Shown piece after piece: positions 49,956 to 55,606 of a stretch of 55,606 nt of DNA. Origin of the DNA: Girardia tigrina. Lineage: Eukaryota. Each line of letters begins with the position of its first letter. The first letter of the stretch is position 1. The position numbers and the translations under genes were made by a program. Under the pieces are notes generated by a model, which was not told the DNA's origin, did no database searches, and saw only the letters and a list, made by a program, of their open reading frames with translations. The stretch is taken from assembly GCA_001938485.1 (NCBI GenBank), contig MQRK01227476.1, forward strand, positions 1 to 55,606, written 5' to 3'.

Positions 49956-50619
49956 GGGAACACGTCAATTGGTCGGATATTTTTATCGTTGATTTTTGGT
50001 AGTGACAACAATTAGTCAGGGATTTTTTAATTTATTTTTTTTTCATTTTAATTGTTGTGTAGTAATATTACTGTTTTATAATAAATTGTTGAATTAGTTA
50101 ATGTTTATTTTAATTTCTAAAATATCTGTCTTCTATTTATTTTATTAATTGTTATTANTAATTATTAATTAATTTATTAAATACATATTTATATATTGTA
50201 CCAAAAAAAATTTGTACACTTCGGCGATCATATATCTTGCTGACCAGTTATCGACAATAACAAATTGTCATTTTGAATAAATTGCCGATCTTAGATCCTC
50301 CGACTAATTGTCACACCAACCAAAACTCTTTTAGATTTTTTAGAAAAAATATTGCTTAAAAATAATGTTACAGCAACTAAATAAATAATTTAATATAATT
50401 ATTTCCAAAAAGAGTCTTTTTTTACCATGGTATATACATTTTTATGGAAATTTAATTGATATTCCATATATTGTCAAAAGAAAATAGTATTTTTGTACGC
50501 TTTGAATATCATATATCTTGCCAAAAAATTCCAAAAATATCTCACATATTGTCGCCCCGACAAAAAGTACCGACGAATTGTGTCCGGACCAATTTACCAC
50601 GACCAATTGACGTGGATCC
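49956..50619. mobile_element. MITE-like non-coding element with inverted termini
   Basis: GGGAACACGTCAATTGGTCG at the left end and CGACCAATTGACGTGGATCC at the right end; repeated CGAC(C/G)AATT motifs; AT-rich interior. No TSD identified. Confidence 0.6.
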
Positions 50620-50961
50620 ATGGGAGTCCCCAAGGGGGGGGCAGTTGCCCCCCTGGAAACTTGAATAATTTATCATTTTAATTGTACTATGTCGATATCC
50701 CATAGTCTCAGAAAAAGTTATTTTAGTCTCAAATCTAAGTAAAAGGCTTTTAGTTAATTTTTTTTAATAATAATATTTTGAAATTAGGTGGCAAAACGGA
50801 AGTCGAGCCTTAAATATTATTAGAATTTCTAATTTAGAAAATTGAAATTGTAAACACTTTATTCATGAATCATGATTTATATAAAATTACTTTGGTAAAA
50901 TTTTTTAAACGTATTATTCCTCTCCTTTTAGAATGGATATAAGAAAATATTTATCCTGTGA

Positions 50962-53092
50962 CAGTGGCGTAGCAACTGTTATTGGCGCCCGGGGCGGTCC
51001 TAAGATTTGTCGCCCCTAACCCTAACCCATTATTCGGAACCCTTAATTACTGTTTTTACTAAAAATTAAATAGTCACAAAATATTTACTTTAATTTCCTA
51101 TTTTTCTAGCAATACTCTTATTCTCATACTAAAAATTACCAAGTAAATAAGTCATTTCAAAATTTACAATTTTATTTACAATTTACAAGCGAACTTTTCG
51201 CACTTTCATTTCTGCAAATTTATTGATAACAGTATCAAAATTCAGTTCAGCAGCAAGCTCTCTCTCAATGGATAGAACTGCCAAGTCTGTAAGTCTTGAT
51301 TGGCTCATTGTAGATCGGAGATAGTTCTTAATGAGCTTTAATTTGGAAAACGAGCGTTCGCAGCTGGCAACGCTAATAGCCCTGGTAAGAAAGATGCGCA
51401 GCAAAATCACAATATTAGGGATGGAGTCTCTAAGGTGATATCTCTGTATGAAGCTCAAAAATTCTAAAGGTCCGTCGATTCTGTTATTTCTTGAAGCTCG
51501 GACAAAATACTGCAGTCTTCTTCTTTCGGCTAAGAATTCCTTTTTCTCCACCTCGTCTTCTATTTCACCAAGTTGGCAATCGTAATTATCATCAAAGAGA
51601 TTCGATGGTGCAATAACAGCATATCTGTTTGCAAGATCATGAACTTGTTGAAATCTTGAATATATTTCGTCTATCAACCTGTCTATGACAGACAGCATTT
51701 CCCGTCTCAACTCAGCATCAAATATCATCGCTACATCAGTCGATCCCTCGCCATCCATTCTTTTCTTTTTGCGAATATGACGCTCCATACTTATCCCCAT
51801 TCCAAAGAGCTTTTGGGATTCGTCCATTGCACTGTCCACCATCCTTTCTCTATTCTCAAAAATGCAATCTTTCAGTGATATGAGTTTGACAGAACTTTGA
51901 TGCAGATTGAGCCCTTTTGTTTGAAGATACTTCTGGGCATCATTGATCTCTGGTAGAATGGAATTCCAAAGGTTCAAAAGCGATAGAAACGGAAATGACA
52001 GTACTGATGATAGGATTAAAGATGCATCAGATCTTGTCATTAAATTTTCTCCTTCTTTGGTGAGCTTCTCCAGAGCAATCACGACTTATGATAATTTTTT
52101 CACCAACACATTTGCAGCATCAGCTCTAGTGCTCCATCTGGTTTCTGCAACTCGCTTGATACTTAGACCAGTCTTAAAAGATCGTATTAAAATATTGTTT
52201 ATGTATTTTTTCGTTTTTAATGAGGTAAAACAAATTTGTTTGTTTTTTTAAATTCTGTTTTTTATTATTTAGTAAATAATTATTTTTTATCAAAATAATT
52301 TGACGTTTTCTTGGGAAATTAGAGACCACGACAAAAATTTCGCATTTGCGAAAAAAACGAGTCCTTTTAAACGACGAATTGGTTTTACCGCATTAAATAA
52401 GAATAAATACAATGCAATATCCAAATTTTTTTTAACAAAATCGATTTTTTAAATTTTCAAATTTTCAATTTGACTTCATAAAAAAAGTCAAATTTATTTG
52501 CTAAAAAAGTAATTATTTAATAAAATATCAAAAATTTAAAATTAAAAAAAGTGACGATTTTGTTTTACGGTAAGTATTGCTTACGTATTTTTTTNNNNNN
52601 NNNNNNNNNNNNNNNNNNNNNNNNNNNNNNNNNNNNNNNNNNNNNNNNNNNNNNNNNNNNNNNNNNNNNNNNNNNNNNNNNNNNNNNNNNNNNNNNNNNN
52701 NNNNNNNNNNNNNNNNGCTTAATCAAAATTATAACCACATACTTTATACATGCTTTTGAAATTAAGCACAAATTCACAGACTTACAAAGTAAGAAAATGC
52801 AATCAAATAAAATCTAATAACCGGAAGTATTTAACTGAAATACAAAAATCAAGACATTTTCATGTAACGGTAAAGAATTTGTACATATCTGGTAAGAGAC
52901 AAATCTTCCAGCCCATTGGCAGTTTTCATTAAATTAGTTCATTTTAACATTCTGTTATGTCCAGCATTTCTGGTCAGATTTTTCTTCGTTTTATTTTATA
53001 TATAATATTTCTCCCATTCACAAATGCCGCCCCTAACAGTCATGCCGCCCGGGGCGTACCGCCCCCTCCGCCCTCCATACGCTACGCCACTG
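50962..53092 (-). mobile_element. Inner hAT transposon (internally deleted), transposase C-terminus with dimerisation domain at 51183-about 52180
   Basis: 12-bp TIR CAGTGGCGTAGC; exact 8-bp TSD TCCTGTGA (50954-50961 and 53093-53100); ETRWSTR and SVASCERSFSKLKLIKNYLRSTMSQSRLTDLAVLSIE. Contains an N gap (about 52595-52716). Confidence 0.95.
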
Positions 53093-53828
53093 TCCTGTGA
53101 CAAGCCCGAAAATAAAAAGCAGAAAATACAGACTCTAAGTGAACTTGAATCTGTACCATATACTGAATTCAGTGACCATGCAGAAATTACTTATCCTGTG
53201 AATGATCGAATAGAGGAGTCAACTACACAAGAAAACACAAATGAAAATATGTACGATATTGGTGCACATTACAGTGTTTCTTCTATTCCATTTGATTTAA
53301 AATTAAAGATTCTCCTAAACACAACAGTTCCTAAAAAAGAATACAATTTTAAAAAAGATTCAACTGGGAAAAGGGCTTTTCGATTTCCTTGGATAGAATA
53401 ATATTTACCATGGTTGTGTTATTCTAATAATTAAAAAAGGTGCATTTTGCAAATATTGTGTCCTTTTCCACCAAAGATTCATCGATGTCTTTAAGAGGCA
53501 TTTATAAAATCAGCATTTATAAACTATAAAAATTTTCATGAAGCTGCTAGGTATCATCTGACGTCGCAATGGCACAAAGAAGCAACTATTGATGTGCAAA
53601 ATTTTATTACCGTTAACAAATATCCCGAGAAAGATATAATTAGTCAAATCGATTCTGCAGCACAGGTGACTATAAAATCGAATCGAATAAAACTAGGTTC
53701 AATTTTGTCTTCGATTATATTTTGTGCTACTCATGACTTACACTTGCGGGGAAAACATAGCAATGAAGGGAATTTAAAGGATTTATTTCGATTTCGAATT
53801 GAAGCTGGTGATGTTACATTACAAAAAC

Positions 53829-54393
53829 GGTTCCATGACAATTCGACACAGACAATTCGACATAAGACAATTCGACACAAGACAATTCGGCACAAATTTT
53901 TTAATTCGATACAATTTTTTAATGGTACAAATATTTTATTTCGACATTTTTAAATTTCGATTAGGTATTTTTAATTCAAAACTTTTTTTAATTTGATCAA
54001 TAACTAAAATGAAATATTTTCATTATTACTACACATTTTTTGAAACACAACATTTTCAATAACTATATTTTTAGACTAATGAGTTTTCCTGTATTTAATA
54101 TGAAAAAAATCAATTTTTATGAAAAAAATATGTATTTAATATAAAAATATGTATTTAATATGAAAAATGTCGAGTTTCAAAAAATGTGTAGTAGTAATGA
54201 AAATATTTCATTTTAGTTATTTGTCAAATTGAAAAAAAGTGTTGAATTAAAAAAATTAATCGAAATTTAAATATGTCGAAATAAAATATTTTTCCCATTA
54301 AAAAAATGTGTCGAATTAAAAAATTTGTGTGGAATTGTCTTGTGTCGAATTGTACGTGTGTCGAATTGTCGTGTGTCGAATTGTCTGGTTACC
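53829..54393. mobile_element. MULE-type fold-back MITE (near-complete 565-bp palindrome)
   Basis: Termini GGTTCCATGACAATTCGACAC / GTGTCGAATTGTCTGGTTACC with tandem GACAATTCGACACA motifs. 9-bp TSD with one mismatch (TACAAAAAC / TACAAAAGC). Removing it restores the hAT frame. Confidence 0.9.
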
Positions 54394-55489
54394 TACAAAA
54401 GCATTTAACCACAACACCTGCAAACGCACGATTTACATCTGTGAGAATTGAACATCAATTTATTGAATTTTGTGAATTGGAATTGAGAGATTCTATCATT
54501 TCAGAAGTCAATAAATCAATTGGGTTTTCAATTTTAGCTGATGAAATAGCTGATATTGCAGGGGTAGAACAGCTTTCACTTGGTGTTCGATTTTTTGATG
54601 AAGCTAAAAAAATTCGTGAAGAATTTGTTGGCTTTGTGAAGCTTTTCGAAATGGATGCTAAAAGCATCAGTTCTGCACTTCTTAAAAAAGTGTGTGGAAT
54701 ATGGTTTGGATATGAGTAAATTGATTGGACAAGGATACGATGGTTGTGCAACTATGGCTGGAAATGAAGCTGGTGTTCAGGCGCAAAGCAAAAATATATA
54801 TCCAAATTCTACTTATGTACATTGCGCTTCTCATAGATTAAATCTAGTTGTTAATGATTTGAACATTGTCGCAGAAGTCCGTCAAACAATTGGAATAGTA
54901 AAATCGATAATAACATTTTTTAGAGAGAGTCCAAAATGTAGAGCTACTGTTCCCACAATTCCTCTTCTATCAGAAACAACATGGACATCAAAATATCAAA
55001 GTATTTCCATTTTCTCAAAACATTTTGGGCTTATTTTTAATAAACTAGAGGAAATGTCAACGAATTGGACTGGTTCAACAAGCCAAGAAGCTCATCGTTT
55101 ATTAACAGCGAATAGTAATGGAATGTTTATCGTTTGTTTAAAAATAATAGCCAAATATTCAGCCATTTTGGAACCAGTAACCCAGACTCTTCAGTCTGCA
55201 CAAATTAGATTTACAAGCTGCTCATCAACACGTTCAGGATTTAATGAATATATTTTTATTGTATCGAGAAAACTCTGACAAAAATTTCAAGAGATTTTTA
55301 AAGAATCATTCGATTTGGCTGCAAAATTATTTATCAATATTGAAATACCCAGGCGTTGTTCCAAGCAGAAATATAGAAATAATTGTACAGGAAACACTCC
55401 TGAAAAATACTTTCGTCAATCAATATTTATACCATATTTGGATTCTTTAATATCTTCTTTAATGTCAAGATTTTCTAAAGATAACCAAA

Positions 55490-55606
55490 TGTTACGACCA
55501 CGATTTGAAGGAAACCCTCCTTCACAACCCCCATCCTGTACGTCCGAGATCATTGGAGAAAGTTTTGAGGACAGTCTAACTCGACTGTCCTCGGTTAATT
55601 TTAAAT
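55490..55606. mobile_element. Probable start of an LTR inserted into the outer hAT, cut by the window edge
   Basis: hAT-like coding stops abruptly at TGTTACGACC (TG start typical of LTRs) and GC content rises. The other end is not visible. Confidence 0.4.

Larger units (their letters stand above)
50619..55489 (+). mobile_element. Outer hAT transposon (THAP12/ZMYM1-like transposase), split by two nested insertions
   Basis: GC-rich left end CATGGGAGTCCCCAAGGGGGGGGCAGTTGCCCCC. ATG at 50933 reads MDIRKYLSC|DKPENKK across the inner hAT. Further motifs: RAFRFPW, LHLRGK, GDVTLQ|KHL, FSILADEIADIAGVEQLSLGVRF, GQGYDGCATMAG, YVHCASHRLNLV. Confidence 0.9.

Noticed and set aside
52551-52817. ORFs containing X runs
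   Set aside because: Artefacts of reading through an N gap.

Overview
AT-rich eukaryotic (most likely animal) genomic DNA, standard genetic code, with two recognisable spliced host genes embedded in dense, mostly decayed transposon sequence. (1) The 3' six exons of an oxysterol-binding protein-related gene of the ORP3/6/7 type (+, 504-5300). (2) An SMG5-like nonsense-mediated-decay gene (-, about 49114-23735) whose introns are either about 45-70 nt or kilobase-sized and TE-filled. TEs include at least seven mariner copies, Tc1, Tigger/pogo, piggyBac, MULE and MULE-like MITEs, nested hATs, an RTE fragment, a TSD-flanked zinc-finger retro-insertion, a Helentron-like repeat family, three Penelope fragments and scrambled Ty3/Gypsy pieces. 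Most notable: a decayed chuvirus-glycoprotein-like env ORF among the Gypsy fragments; a second Gypsy segment with a long unknown post-integrase tail, an internal signal-peptide-like stretch and a downstream accessory ORF; and three minimal hammerhead ribozyme motifs in Penelope repeats. All family calls come from manual motif recognition with no database search. Exon boundaries were read by eye and may be off by a few bases. No rRNA, tRNA or CRISPR seen.
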